NCBI GenBank assembly: GCA_023717525.1
Contig: JAMQPK010000194.1
Span: 6,064 to 70,063 of the forward strand
DNA length: 64,000 nucleotides
Origin: Vicinamibacterales bacterium
Lineage (GTDB): Bacteria > Acidobacteriota > Vicinamibacteria > Vicinamibacterales > JAMQPK01
Direction of reading: 5' to 3'
Below the pieces are notes generated by a model. The model made no database searches, was not told the DNA's origin, and saw only the letters and a program-made list of their open reading frames with translations. The translations under genes and the position numbers were made by a program. Positions 33,903 through 44,923 of this stretch are shown in pieces (within the stretch, counting starts at the first letter, position 1; every line of letters begins with the position of its first letter).

Positions 33903-36014
33903 TCAATTCTTCGCGCTGCCGGCCGCCGCGCCTTCGTCCTGAAGGAGCGCCTTCCGGCTCAGGCGAATCTTGCCCGTCGGGTCGATGTTGATGACCTTCA
34001 CGAGCACCTGTTCGCCTTCCTTCAGTTCGTCGCGCACATCCTTCACGCGGTGATTGGCAATCTCCGACACGTGCAGCAGGCCGTCGGTGCCTGGCATGAT
34101 CTCGACGAACGCGCCGAAATCGGTGATCCGCTGAACCTTTCCCATGTAGGTCTTGTTCAGCTCTGCCGTCGCCGTCAGCTCCTGGATGATGCCGATGGCC
34201 TTCTGGGCGGCCGCTTCGTCGGCCGATGCGACGTTCACGCTGCCATCGTCCTCGACGTCGATCTTGACCCCCGTGCGCTCGATGATGCTGCGAATCATCT
34301 TGCCGCCTGGCCCGATCACGTCCCGGATCTTGTCGACCGGAATCTTGATGGTGATGATGCGCGGCGCGTAGGTGGAGATGTTCCCGCGCGGTGCGGTCAG
34401 GGTCTTCTGCATTTCGCCGAGAATGTGCATGCGGCCGCGCTTGGCCTGATCGAGCGCCTCCCGCATGATTTTGGCGGTAATGCCGGTCACCTTGATGTCC
34501 ATCTGCAGCGCCGTCACACCCGCCGCGGTTCCCGTCACTTTGAAGTCCATGTCGCCGTAATGATCCTCGGCGCCCGCGATGTCCGAGAGGATGGCGTACT
34601 TGCCGCTCTTCTCGTCCATGATGAGGCCCATGGCGACACCCGCGACGGGCGCGCGCAGGGGAACGCCGGCATCCATCATCGACAGAGTTCCGCCGCAGAC
34701 CGATGCCATCGACGACGATCCGTTCGATTCGAGAATGTCGGAGACCACCCGAATCGTGTAAGGGAAGGCTTCCTCGGCCGGCAGCACCGGCAGCAGCGCG
34801 CGCTCGGCAAGCGCGCCGTGCCCGACTTCGCGGCGGCCTGGGCCGCGCATGAACTGCACTTCACCGACCGAGAAGGGCGGGAAGTTGTAGTGCAACATGA
34901 ACCGGCGGTAGGTCTCTCCTTCGACTGTCTCGATCTTCTGCTGGTCGTCTGACGTGCCGAGCGTCACTGTGACGAGCGCCTGTGTCTCGCCGCGCGTAAA
35001 CACGGCGGAGCCGTGCGTGCGGGGAAGCACGCCGACCTCGGACCAGATAGGGCGGATCTGATCGAACGCGCGCCCGTCGAGCCGGACCCGGCGCTCGAGA
35101 ATTTCATCCCGCAACACTTTCTCTTTCAGTTCCTTGAAGATGGCCTTGGCTTCGACCTTGCGCTGGACCTCTCCCTCCGGGATGGACCCGACAAGGCTGG
35201 CAAGTACCTGATCGACGGTTCCATAGTTCTCCAGCTTGTCCTGGATACGCATGGCGTCGCCGAGCGGAATCAGGACTTTCTCTTCAACCTCGCGGTAGAA
35301 CGCGTGGTTGATTTCCTTCTTCGGAACCTCGCGCTTCTTCTTGCCGGCGTCCTTCGCGAGCGCGTCGATCATGTCGACGATCTTCCTGATCGCGTCGTGA
35401 CCGGCCTCGAGCGCCTGCACGATGTCTTCTTCGCTCACTTCCTTCGCGCCCGCTTCCACCATCACGAGGCCGTCTTTGCTGCCGGCAATCACCAGGTCGA
35501 GGAGGCTCTTGCGGCGCTGCTCGTATGTCGGGTTGATGACGAACTGTCCATCGACCTGTCCGACCCGCACGCCCGCGATCGTCTTCTGAAACGGAATGCT
35601 CGACAGCGCGAGAGCCGCAGAGGCGCCCGTGATGGCCAGCACATCGGGGTCGTAGTTCGCATCCGCCGAAAGCACGAGCGCGATGATTTGCGACTCATTG
35701 CGCCAGCCGGAAGGAAACAGCGGGCGAATCGGGCGGTCGATGACGCGGCTCGTCAGCACTTCTTTTTCCGACGGTTTGCCTTCCCGCTTGAAGAAGCCGC
35801 CAGGGATGCGCCCCGACGCATAGGTGTATTCCTTGTAGTCGACCGTCAGAGGAAGGAAGTCGATCCCTTCGCGTGGGTTCGGCGACGCGCATGCGGTCAC
35901 GAGGACGACGGAATCGCCCATCCGGACAATGACCGAGCCATCAGCCTGCTTCGCGAGTTTGCCGGTTTCGAGCGAAAGCGGGGTGCTGTTGATTTCAACT
36001 TCTCGTTTGTACAT
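33903..36014 (-). CDS. pnp: polyribonucleotide nucleotidyltransferase (PNPase)
   Basis: 703 aa with two RNase PH domains, KH and S1 (GKVQRITDFGAFVEI) domains. Confidence 0.95.
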   Translation of the reverse strand: MYKREVEINSTPLSLETGKLAKQADGSVIVRMGDSVVLVTACASPNPREGIDFLPLTVDYKEYTYASGRIPGGFFKREGKPSEKEVLTSRVIDRPIRPLFPSGWRNESQIIALVLSADANYDPDVLAITGASAALALSSIPFQKTIAGVRVGQVDGQFVINPTYEQRRKSLLDLVIAGSKDGLVMVEAGAKEVSEEDIVQALEAGHDAIRKIVDMIDALAKDAGKKKREVPKKEINHAFYREVEEKVLIPLGDAMRIQDKLENYGTVDQVLASLVGSIPEGEVQRKVEAKAIFKELKEKVLRDEILERRVRLDGRAFDQIRPIWSEVGVLPRTHGSAVFTRGETQALVTVTLGTSDDQQKIETVEGETYRRFMLHYNFPPFSVGEVQFMRGPGRREVGHGALAERALLPVLPAEEAFPYTIRVVSDILESNGSSSMASVCGGTLSMMDAGVPLRAPVAGVAMGLIMDEKSGKYAILSDIAGAEDHYGDMDFKVTGTAAGVTALQMDIKVTGITAKIMREALDQAKRGRMHILGEMQKTLTAPRGNISTYAPRIITIKIPVDKIRDVIGPGGKMIRSIIERTGVKIDVEDDGSVNVASADEAAAQKAIGIIQELTATAELNKTYMGKVQRITDFGAFVEIMPGTDGLLHVSEIANHRVKDVRDELKEGEQVLVKVINIDPTGKIRLSRKALLQDEGAAAGSAKN

Positions 36015-36038
36015 GTGTTCCTCAGGAATTCATCGGCG

Positions 36039-36122
36039 AGTGAGTGATAGGTGATTGGGTGATCGGGAGTTCCAGTTGGAGATTGGATTTCCTATCGCAC
36101 AATCACCAATCGCACCGATCAC
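36039..36122 (-). repeat. imperfect long inverted repeat of GGTGATN-type units in the rpsO-pnp intergenic region
   Basis: Plus-strand left arm GTGAGTGATAGGTGATTGGGTGATCGGG and right arm CCTATCGCACAATCACCAATCGCACCGATCAC. Hand pairing gives a stem of about 25-30 bp with several mismatches or wobbles. Confidence 0.6.
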
Positions 36123-36127
36123 AATAT

Positions 36128-36397
36128 TTATTTGCGTATGCCCAGGCGGCGAATCAGGTCGGCGTACCGCTCTGAGTCCTTCCCCTTCAGGTAGTCCAGC
36201 AAGCGGCGGCGCTGGCCGACGAGCTTCAGCAGGCCCCTGCGCGAATGATGGTCCTTCGCATGGGTCTTGAAGTGCTCGGTGAGATAGCCGATGCGTTCGC
36301 TCAGGATGGCCACCTGGACTTCAGGCGACCCGGTGTCGGATTCGTGCGTGCGATACGAGGAAATGAGCTCTGTCTTGCGGTCCTTGTTCAATGCCAC
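36128..36397 (-). CDS. rpsO: 30S ribosomal protein S15
   Basis: GTG start preceded by GGAGGT. (M)[56 protein letters not shown], 89 aa. Confidence 0.9.
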   Translation of the reverse strand: MALNKDRKTELISSYRTHESDTGSPEVQVAILSERIGYLTEHFKTHAKDHHSRRGLLKLVGQRRRLLDYLKGKDSERYADLIRRLGIRK

Positions 36398-36475
36398 GAA
36401 CGGTACCTCCGCGAACGGCCCAGTGGAGTGAGGCTCCCCAGTCCGCCGCAATGTGTTAACCCCAAAAGGGATATT

Positions 36476-37417
36476 TTATTCCAGTACGACGCCGGGATGC
36501 AAAAACCCGACGGGGCCTGCGGGTCGTTGCTCGGCGATCGCAATGAGATGGCCGTCCGGGTGGAGAAGGCGGACTCTGCCGGCGGAGGGGAAGGCCTGTG
36601 GACCCTCCAGGTGCGACGGGGAGATGAAACCGCCCTTCGCCGCCAGCGCGGCACCCTTTTCCGTCAGCACCAGCGCCGGGAGCCCAGGTAGCAGTCGATT
36701 CAATGGGATGACCTTCGCCGCGGCCTGTTCGGGATGCCGATCGAGCACTTCCAACGACACCGCGGAATCGATCGAAAAATCTCCGCTTCGCGTCCTGACG
36801 AGGGCGGTCAGGTGAGCACCGGTCCCCAGGCGCTCACCGATACCATGCGCGAGCGAACGCACGTAGAACCCCGCCGAGCACACGAGCCTCAGCCGGAGAC
36901 GCGGTCCGTCCCACTCGAGGATCTCCAGTTCGTGCGCGGCGACCTCAGACGGCTGGAGCAGCACAGGCGCCCGCCTCCGGGCGAGGTCGTACGCGCGGTC
37001 CCCGTCGATCTTCTTGGCAGAGAACGATGGAGGCTGCTGCAGATGCGCGCCGCGGAAGGCCCCGACAGCCGAGTCGATGTCGCCTCTGGCCAGTTCGGAC
37101 ACGCGCCGCGGCGACGGCGGTTCGACGATGTCGCCTGCGCGATCGTAAGTCGTTGTGCTGACGCCCAGCTCTATCTCGGCCTCGTACTCTTTTTCCGCGC
37201 TGGACAGGAACTGGGCGAGGCGTGTCGCGCGGCCGAGTACGAGCGGCAGGACGCCAGATGCCAGAGGATCCAGCGTTCCCGTGTGACCGACCTTGATCGT
37301 CGATCTCCTTTCGTCCATCGTCGATCGTCCGATGACGCGGCGCGCGACAGCGACGATGTCGTGTGAGGTCGGACCGGGCGGCTTGTGGACGACTAGGACG
37401 CCGTCAGGGAACGACAC
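36476..37417 (-). CDS. truB: tRNA pseudouridine(55) synthase
   Basis: GVLVVHKPPGPTSHD and GHTGTLDPLASGVLPL catalytic Asp motif. Confidence 0.9.
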   Translation of the reverse strand: MSFPDGVLVVHKPPGPTSHDIVAVARRVIGRSTMDERRSTIKVGHTGTLDPLASGVLPLVLGRATRLAQFLSSAEKEYEAEIELGVSTTTYDRAGDIVEPPSPRRVSELARGDIDSAVGAFRGAHLQQPPSFSAKKIDGDRAYDLARRRAPVLLQPSEVAAHELEILEWDGPRLRLRLVCSAGFYVRSLAHGIGERLGTGAHLTALVRTRSGDFSIDSAVSLEVLDRHPEQAAAKVIPLNRLLPGLPALVLTEKGAALAAKGGFISPSHLEGPQAFPSAGRVRLLHPDGHLIAIAEQRPAGPVGFLHPGVVLE

Positions 37418-38364
37418 ATCTCCTCGATCAGACGCTTCCGGATCTCGGGATAGGGCCCGGTCATCGAGCAGCCCGCGGCATTCTTGTGGCCGCCGCCGCC
37501 GAACGCTTTCGCCACGCGATTGACGTCGACGCTGCCTTTCGATCGCATGCTGATTCGATGGCTCTCGCTCGTGACCTCCCTGAAAAATGCCACGGCGTCG
37601 ATGTCTTTCACGGTGAGCGGCAGGTTGATCAGGCCATCGGAATCGTCGGACGTGGCGCCGCAGTCGGCAAGCATCTTCAGACTCAGGTGCGACAGGGCCA
37701 GGCGCCCGCCTGCTTCGAGGTCGAGACTGTGCAGCACGGCACCCATCAGGCGGAGGCGCCCGAGCGTGCTGCTGTCGTACACCGCGCGCGCGATGGCTTC
37801 GGGCCTGGCACCCGCCTCGGCGCAGCGCCGGCAGATGTCGAAGGTCGCCGGTGTCATGTGTCCGAAATGAAATCCGCCTGTGTCGGTCATGATCGCGATG
37901 TAAATGTGTGTCGCGATCTCGGGCGTCAGCTGCACGCCCAGCGCGTCAATCAGATCGAACACCATCTCACCGCATGCGGCGGCGCTCTCGTCGAACCAGT
38001 TGATACGGCCGAACATGGTATTGCCGGGGTGGTGGTCGATGTTGATGACGAACAGCTTTTCGAGCCCCTTGACGCCCGTGCGGGACAGGTCGCCACACTC
38101 CATGACAATCGCGGCGTCGAAATCTTCGCCGACTTCCGATGTGACCTCGATATCGTCTATGCCAGGGAACGCCAGAAACTGCGACGGCACGGGATCTCTG
38201 TCGACGATACGCACGGTTTTGCCGAGCGCCCGGAGAGCGTACGCCATCGCCATCTGCGACCCGATGGCGTCGCCGTCGGGTCGCATGTGCGAGATCAACA
38301 CAAACCGGTGCCGCTCTCGAACGGCGTCCAGAATCTCTGTAAGTGTCTTATTTGCTGTCGTCAT
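37393..38364 (-). CDS. DHH-family phosphoesterase (NrnA-like oligoribonuclease/pAp phosphatase)
   Basis: HMRPDGDAIGS (DHH motif I-II region), INIDHHP, and a C-terminal DHHA1 domain GGGHKNAAG. Confidence 0.8.
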   Translation of the reverse strand: MTTANKTLTEILDAVRERHRFVLISHMRPDGDAIGSQMAMAYALRALGKTVRIVDRDPVPSQFLAFPGIDDIEVTSEVGEDFDAAIVMECGDLSRTGVKGLEKLFVINIDHHPGNTMFGRINWFDESAAACGEMVFDLIDALGVQLTPEIATHIYIAIMTDTGGFHFGHMTPATFDICRRCAEAGARPEAIARAVYDSSTLGRLRLMGAVLHSLDLEAGGRLALSHLSLKMLADCGATSDDSDGLINLPLTVKDIDAVAFFREVTSESHRISMRSKGSVDVNRVAKAFGGGGHKNAAGCSMTGPYPEIRKRLIEEMCRSLTAS

Positions 38365-38740
38365 CGTCCGTCGCGTCGCCGGCCGGCGGGGCGCCCGCGT
38401 CGCCGATCTCCTGCAGCAGCTGCGTAATGCGGTCCTGGTGCCCGATCGACTCGTCGAAAACGAACGCGAGCTCCGGTGCGCGGCGCAGTCGCAGGCGCTG
38501 GCCTATCTGCCGCCGCATGAACGACGCGGCGCGATCGAGAGCCTTGCCGCTGCTCGTGCGGGCGGCCTGATCGCCAAGGGCTGTGTAGTACACGCGCGCG
38601 TGCTGCAGGTCCGGGCTCACCTGCACGCGGGTGATGGTGATGAATCCCAAACCAGGGTCGTGCAGGTCGCGCGCGATCATGCTGCTGACTTCTGCGCGAA
38701 CCTGATCGGCGACTCTGTCCGGACGTGAACCCTGGCCCAT
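38348..38740 (-). CDS. rbfA: 30S ribosome-binding factor RbfA
   Basis: Internal ATG at 38740. RVADQVRAEVSSMIARDLHDPGLGFITITRVQVSPDLQHARVYY. The track ORF from 38887 runs through the repeat array and the infB 3' end. Confidence 0.85.
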   Translation of the reverse strand: MGQGSRPDRVADQVRAEVSSMIARDLHDPGLGFITITRVQVSPDLQHARVYYTALGDQAARTSSGKALDRAASFMRRQIGQRLRLRRAPELAFVFDESIGHQDRITQLLQEIGDAGAPPAGDATDDDDSK

Positions 38741-38751
38741 AGGGTGAATCT

Positions 38752-38786
38752 GAAAGTAGAAAGTAGAAAGTAGAAACTGGAAAGTA
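38752..38786. repeat. single-arm tandem heptamer array GAAAGTA x3, GAAACTG, GAAAGTA
   Basis: Read directly, between the infB stop (38802) and the rbfA start (38740). In gene sense it reads UACUUUC CAGUUUC UACUUUC x3. Confidence 0.85.
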
Positions 38787-38801
38787 AAGCCAAAAGTCGA
38801 T

Positions 38802-41537
38802 TTACGCCGACACCGCCGCGATTCGCTCGACCGTAAAGACTTCGATGACGTCGCCGACCTTGGCGTCGTTGAATCGCTCGAAGGCAATTCCGCACTCGAG
38901 CCCGGATTTGACCTCGCTCACATCGTCCTTGAACCGCCGGAGCGACGAGATCTTGCCTTCGTGGACGACAGCACCGTCACGCAGCAGGCGCGCAGTCGTG
39001 TTCCCGCTTCGCGTGATGCGGCCGTCGAGGACAAGGCAGCCGGCGATCGTGCCGGCCTTCGGCACTTTGAAGATGTTCCGCACCGACGCCGATCCGAGCC
39101 GAACTTCCTTCAGCGTCGGTTCGAGCATGCCCGTCATCGCCTTCTTCATCTCGTCGGTCACGTTGTAGATGACGGTGTGATGCCGGATGTCGACTTCTTC
39201 GCGCTCCGCGATAGCTGCGGCGTTGCGATCGGGCCGCACGTTGAAGCCGATGACGATCGCGTTCGACGCGGATGCCAGCAGCACGTCGGATTCGTTGATG
39301 GCACCGACGCCCGAGTGGATGATCTTGACGCGCACCTTCTCGTCAGCAAGCTTCGATAGCGTGTCCGCCAGGACTTCCGCCGACCCCTGCACGTCGGCCT
39401 TGATGATGATCGGCAGGTCTTTCATGTTGCCTTCGGCGATCTGCTGCTGCAGCGACTCGAGTGTGAGGCGGCTTCCTTTGGCGCCGAGCGCCTTTTCCTT
39501 CGCCATGCCCTGCCGGTACGTCGCAATCTGCCGGGCCTTGGCTGCGTCGGTCATCGCCTGGAACGCGTCGCCAGGCTGGGGCAGTCCCGTCAGGCCGAGC
39601 ACTTCGACTGGCGTTGATGGTGGAGCAGCCTTGATGGTGCGGCCGCGGTCGTCAATCAACGCGCGCACACGGCCGACGATCGGTCCCGCGATGAATGTGT
39701 CGCCCACGCGAAGAGTGCCGTCCTGTACCAGGATGGTCGCCACCGGACCGCGTCCGCGATCGAGCTTCGATTCGAGCACGGTACCCGATGCATTGCGCTT
39801 CGGGTTGGCCTTGTACTCGCCGATGTCGCTGACGAGCAGGATCATTTCGAGCAGCGTGTCGAGGCCGGTTTTTTTCTTCGCCGAGACCGGGACCATGACG
39901 GTCTGGCCGCCCCAATCCTCCGGCACGAGGTTCAGATCCGACAACTCTCGTTTCACTCGCTCGGGATCGGTGCCAGCCTTGTCGATCTTGTTGATCGCCA
40001 CGATGATCGGCACGTTGGCCGCTTTCGCGTGATCGATGGCCTCGCGCGTCTGTGGCATGACGCCGTCGTCGGCGGCGACCACGAGCACGACGACGTCGGT
40101 CACCTTCGCCCCGCGCGCGCGCATCAGCGTGAACGCCTCGTGGCCCGGGGTGTCGAGGAACACGATGTCGCGGTTGGTGGCCGTGGTGACGTGGTACGCC
40201 CCGATGTGCTGCGTAATCCCGCCCGCTTCGCGCTCGGCCACTCGCGCCGTACGAATGGCGTCGAGCAGCGTCGTCTTTCCATGGTCGACGTGGCCCATGA
40301 CGGTGACGACGGGCGCCCGTGTGACGACGTCTTCCGGCTTGATGTCTTCGGCTTCAACTTCGAGCATGTCCTGCTCGAACGTGCGCAGCTGTACTTCGGC
40401 GCCGAACTCGCGCGCGATCATTTGCGCCGTCTCGGTGTCGACGGTGCTGTTGATCGTCATGACCATCCGCTTGTCGAACAGTTTCTTCAAAACGTCCTTC
40501 ACCCTCTGTTCCAGCTTGTCGGAGAGATCCTTCACCGTCATGCCTTCGACAAACGTGACTGTCCGGGTGACCGGAGGTGGTGCAACGGGCGCGGACGCCG
40601 ACGGTCGCACTTCGCGGCGCTGTTCGTCCGGTCGTCGCGTCGCCGGCCGCATCGGTGGCGGCGTGAAGCGAGGCGCACCTGGACGCTGCTGGCCGACGCC
40701 GCCCGAAGGACGCATTCCCTGCGGCTGCTGAGGCCGCACGGGCGGCGTTGGCAGGGGACGCGGCCCGCCCGGCGTCTGCGGCCGCATCGTCGACGGATAA
40801 GACGGGCGAGGCGGAGCAGGCCGGGTCGAGATTCCGCCCGGGCCGCCTGGCTTTGCAAGATTGCCCGTTGCCGGCGGGCGCGGCTTCTCTGGTTCCTTTG
40901 GTCTCAGCCGCGACGGCGCGGGGCGCGTTGGCATCGCCGGCACCGACGACGTTCCTGGGGCCGATGGCTCTTCGATGCGAAGTCGAATGCTCGGCGGTAC
41001 GATGCGACCAGGTGCGGGCGCCGCAGGCCTCGGCGCTGGTGGAGCGGCGCTCGGCTGCGCGGCGACCGGCACAACGGCAGGCCTTTCGAGCAATGGCGTG
41101 GCCGGTTGAGGTTCGGCGATCGGTTCGGCGACAGCTGCGGGCACTTCTTCGGGCTCCTCGCTTACCTGAGCGGGCGGAAGCGCCTGCTCTATTTCTTCTG
41201 CTACGGGCGCGGCAGTGGCCGGCTTCGCGGTCTTGACGAGGCGTGGCGGCGCCAGCGTGGGTGCCGCCGGTTTCGCCGGCTCTGGCTTCTTCAGCGTCGG
41301 CGCCGGTTTCTTGGGGCCGCCCTTCACGGGAGGTCCCTCTGCGAACATGTCTCCACCTGGCAGCGTGATGCCGCGGTCCTTTGCCAGGCGCTCGACGAAC
41401 TGGCGCGCCACGACTTCTTCAATCGTGCTCGACGCGCTCTTCAGTTCGATGCCGTGCGCGCGCTTCAGCAACGCGAGCACTTCCTGGCTGCTCGTGTTGA
41501 GAAGTTCCGCGACTTTGTAGATACGGACGGTGGACAA
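38802..41537 (-). CDS. infB: translation initiation factor IF-2
   Basis: 911 aa with a Pro/Ala-rich N-terminal region, G domain [16 protein letters not shown]...DTPGHEAF...NKID, and a C-terminal domain. Confidence 0.95.
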   Translation of the reverse strand: MSTVRIYKVAELLNTSSQEVLALLKRAHGIELKSASSTIEEVVARQFVERLAKDRGITLPGGDMFAEGPPVKGGPKKPAPTLKKPEPAKPAAPTLAPPRLVKTAKPATAAPVAEEIEQALPPAQVSEEPEEVPAAVAEPIAEPQPATPLLERPAVVPVAAQPSAAPPAPRPAAPAPGRIVPPSIRLRIEEPSAPGTSSVPAMPTRPAPSRLRPKEPEKPRPPATGNLAKPGGPGGISTRPAPPRPSYPSTMRPQTPGGPRPLPTPPVRPQQPQGMRPSGGVGQQRPGAPRFTPPPMRPATRRPDEQRREVRPSASAPVAPPPVTRTVTFVEGMTVKDLSDKLEQRVKDVLKKLFDKRMVMTINSTVDTETAQMIAREFGAEVQLRTFEQDMLEVEAEDIKPEDVVTRAPVVTVMGHVDHGKTTLLDAIRTARVAEREAGGITQHIGAYHVTTATNRDIVFLDTPGHEAFTLMRARGAKVTDVVVLVVAADDGVMPQTREAIDHAKAANVPIIVAINKIDKAGTDPERVKRELSDLNLVPEDWGGQTVMVPVSAKKKTGLDTLLEMILLVSDIGEYKANPKRNASGTVLESKLDRGRGPVATILVQDGTLRVGDTFIAGPIVGRVRALIDDRGRTIKAAPPSTPVEVLGLTGLPQPGDAFQAMTDAAKARQIATYRQGMAKEKALGAKGSRLTLESLQQQIAEGNMKDLPIIIKADVQGSAEVLADTLSKLADEKVRVKIIHSGVGAINESDVLLASASNAIVIGFNVRPDRNAAAIAEREEVDIRHHTVIYNVTDEMKKAMTGMLEPTLKEVRLGSASVRNIFKVPKAGTIAGCLVLDGRITRSGNTTARLLRDGAVVHEGKISSLRRFKDDVSEVKSGLECGIAFERFNDAKVGDVIEVFTVERIAAVSA

Positions 41538-41542
41538 AAGCG

Positions 41543-42943
<1,401 letters not shown>

Positions 42944-42948
42944 AAATT

Positions 42949-43425
42949 TTAGAATTCCACCTCAAGCCGCGCTCGAGTGATGAGATTCAGCGGAATCAGC
43001 TGGCGCTTGCCCGGCGTCGTCTCGATGACGACCGCCTCCTGTTCGAGACCCTTCAACCGTCCTTCGAAGTGCTTCTGGCCGTCGACCGCTTCGGCGACGA
43101 CGATCTTGGCGATTCGACCCGCAAAGCGCCGGTAGTCGGCTGGACCACGCAGCGGGCGGTCGAGACCAGGCGACGAAACCTCCAGGATGTAACGATGCGC
43201 GATCGTCTCTTCGACGTCGAGAATCGCGCTTACATCCCGGCTGACGCGCTCGCAGTCCTGAACCGTGACCGAGCCTTCTGCCGTCGCCGGGTGCGCCTCG
43301 TCGTCGGGCACGTCCACGAAGATCCGGAGCATCCAGCCCGCAGACTCACGCCGGAACTGGACGTCGAAGATCTCCAGGTTGTTCGAGCGGGCGACCCGCT
43401 CGGCGACGGCGCGAATCCGATCAAT
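42949..43425 (-). CDS. rimP: ribosome maturation factor RimP (start codon uncertain)
   Basis: ...LIDRIRAVAERVARSNNLEIFDVQFRRESAGWMLRIFVDVP...LEVSSPGLDRPL. The conserved N-terminal helix lies upstream of the first ATG (43332), and the frame has no ATG/GTG/TTG back to a TGA at 43443-43445. The 5' end is placed provisionally at the ATT at 43425. Confidence 0.7.
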   Translation of the reverse strand: MDRIRAVAERVARSNNLEIFDVQFRRESAGWMLRIFVDVPDDEAHPATAEGSVTVQDCERVSRDVSAILDVEETIAHRYILEVSSPGLDRPLRGPADYRRFAGRIAKIVVAEAVDGQKHFEGRLKGLEQEAVVIETTPGKRQLIPLNLITRARLEVEF

Positions 43426-43443
43426 AAGCTGCGTAAACCACCC

Positions 43444-43474
43444 TCAAAAACAAAAAGTGGGCACCGGCCCACTT
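43444..43474 (-). terminator. rho-independent terminator after rimO
   Basis: Minus sense AAGTGGGC-cggt-GCCCACTT followed by TTTTGTTTTT. Confidence 0.75.
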
Positions 43475-43509
43475 CAGGTCTTGCAGGCTCTTACGAACCT
43501 GAAAGTCTA

Positions 43510-44916
43510 TCATACGGGATTTTCACCGACAACGGCCGCGTCGCGCACGAAAACGGGCCGCGCCACCAGGTCGTACTCGCGAGATCCCACGATTTCGGCC
43601 TCAAGCAGCGTGCCCGGCCGCAACGACGCTGTATCGATATCGGTCAGGTAAACCACCGCATCGATGTCCGGCGCCTGGCCCATCAACCGGCCCCGCCACA
43701 CCAGCTCATGCTCGGGCGACGGACCGTCAATCATCACCTTGACCTGCGTCCCGAGGCGCTTCTTCTGCGCTCGTGAGACGATGCGCTTCTGTTCGGCCAT
43801 GAGCGCGTTCCGGCGCCGCGTCTTGACGCTCGTCGGGACGTCATCGACCAGGTCGTGCGCCGTCGTGCCTTCCTCGTGGGAGTAGGTGAACACGCCCACG
43901 TGGTCGAAGCCGACGCTCCGGACAAAATCCAGAAGCATCGCGAAGTCTGCGTCCGTTTCTCCGGGAAACCCCACGATGAACGTGGTGCGCAGCGCGACGC
44001 CCGGTACCCGCGCCCGGATTCTGGCAAGGAGCAGCTCGTATCCCCGGCCGGTGCCCGGCCGCTTCATCCGACGCAGGACGTCATCCGATGCGTGCTGCAA
44101 AGGCAGATCGATGTACTTGCACACCTTGTCGCACGCCGCCATCGCATCGAGGATGTCGTCGGTGATCGTCGTCGGGTAGAGGTAGAGCAGTCGAATCCAG
44201 TCGATGCCATCGACCTCGTTCAGCTCTCGAAGAAGCTGTGGAAGGGCGGCGCCGTAGCCTGCGTCCCGTCCGTAGAAGGTCGTATCCTGCGAAATCAGGA
44301 TGATTTCCCGGATGCCTCGCGCGGCGAGCGCGCGCGCTTCCCGCACGATCTCGTCGACCGGCCGGCTGCGGTAGTGGCCACGCAGCGTCGGGATGATGCA
44401 GAACGAGCACTTGTAGTCGCAGCCTTCGGCAACCTTCACGTACGCGAAATGCCGGGGCGTCGCAAACACGCGAGGCGAGTCGGCGTCATACAGGTAGGTG
44501 GGAAGGCTCTGGGCTTTCGGCTTTGGGCTCTGGGCCTGGCCCACGAGCTGCAACGGGATGACGCTGCGACGGGTGTTCTCGATCGCGCCGACGATTTCCG
44601 GAACATCCCCTGTGCCGAGCACCGCGTCAATCTCCGGAATCTGCTGCTTCAGTTCGTCGCGATAGCGCTCGCCCAGGCAGCCGGTCACGACCAGGCGTTT
44701 GCACCGGCCGTGCTTCTTGAATTCGGCCAGCTCCAGGATCGTGTTGATCGATTCTTCCTTGGCCTTGTCGATAAACGCGCAGGTGTTGACGACCAGGACG
44801 TCAGCGTCAGCCGGATCGGCCGTCAACGTGTGGCCGCCCTCCTGCGACAAGCCCATCATGACCTCGGAGTCGACGAGGTTCTTGGGGCAGCCGAGCGACA
44901 CGAAACCTACTTTCAT
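43510..44916 (-). CDS. rimO: ribosomal protein S12 methylthiotransferase RimO
   Basis: MKVGFVSLGCPKNLVDSE N-terminus, radical-SAM motif EGCDYKCSFCIIP, and a C-terminal TRAM domain. Internal ATG at 44916. Confidence 0.85.
   Translation of the reverse strand: MKVGFVSLGCPKNLVDSEVMMGLSQEGGHTLTADPADADVLVVNTCAFIDKAKEESINTILELAEFKKHGRCKRLVVTGCLGERYRDELKQQIPEIDAVLGTGDVPEIVGAIENTRRSVIPLQLVGQAQSPKPKAQSLPTYLYDADSPRVFATPRHFAYVKVAEGCDYKCSFCIIPTLRGHYRSRPVDEIVREARALAARGIREIILISQDTTFYGRDAGYGAALPQLLRELNEVDGIDWIRLLYLYPTTITDDILDAMAACDKVCKYIDLPLQHASDDVLRRMKRPGTGRGYELLLARIRARVPGVALRTTFIVGFPGETDADFAMLLDFVRSVGFDHVGVFTYSHEEGTTAHDLVDDVPTSVKTRRRNALMAEQKRIVSRAQKKRLGTQVKVMIDGPSPEHELVWRGRLMGQAPDIDAVVYLTDIDTASLRPGTLLEAEIVGSREYDLVARPVFVRDAAVVGENPV
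44505..44539. repeat. heptamer run GGCTCTG GGCTTTC GGCTTTG GGCTCTG GGCCTGG inside rimO
   Basis: Read directly. It encodes GQAQSPKPKAQS in the linker between the MTTase N-domain and the radical-SAM domain. Confidence 0.7.
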
Positions 44917-44923
44917 AAATGTT

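Noticed and set aside
36398-36475. S15 autoregulatory leader structure upstream of rpsO
   Set aside because: Only short 3-4-bp stems are visible by eye. S15 operators are lineage-specific, and I cannot support a call without folding or covariation analysis.
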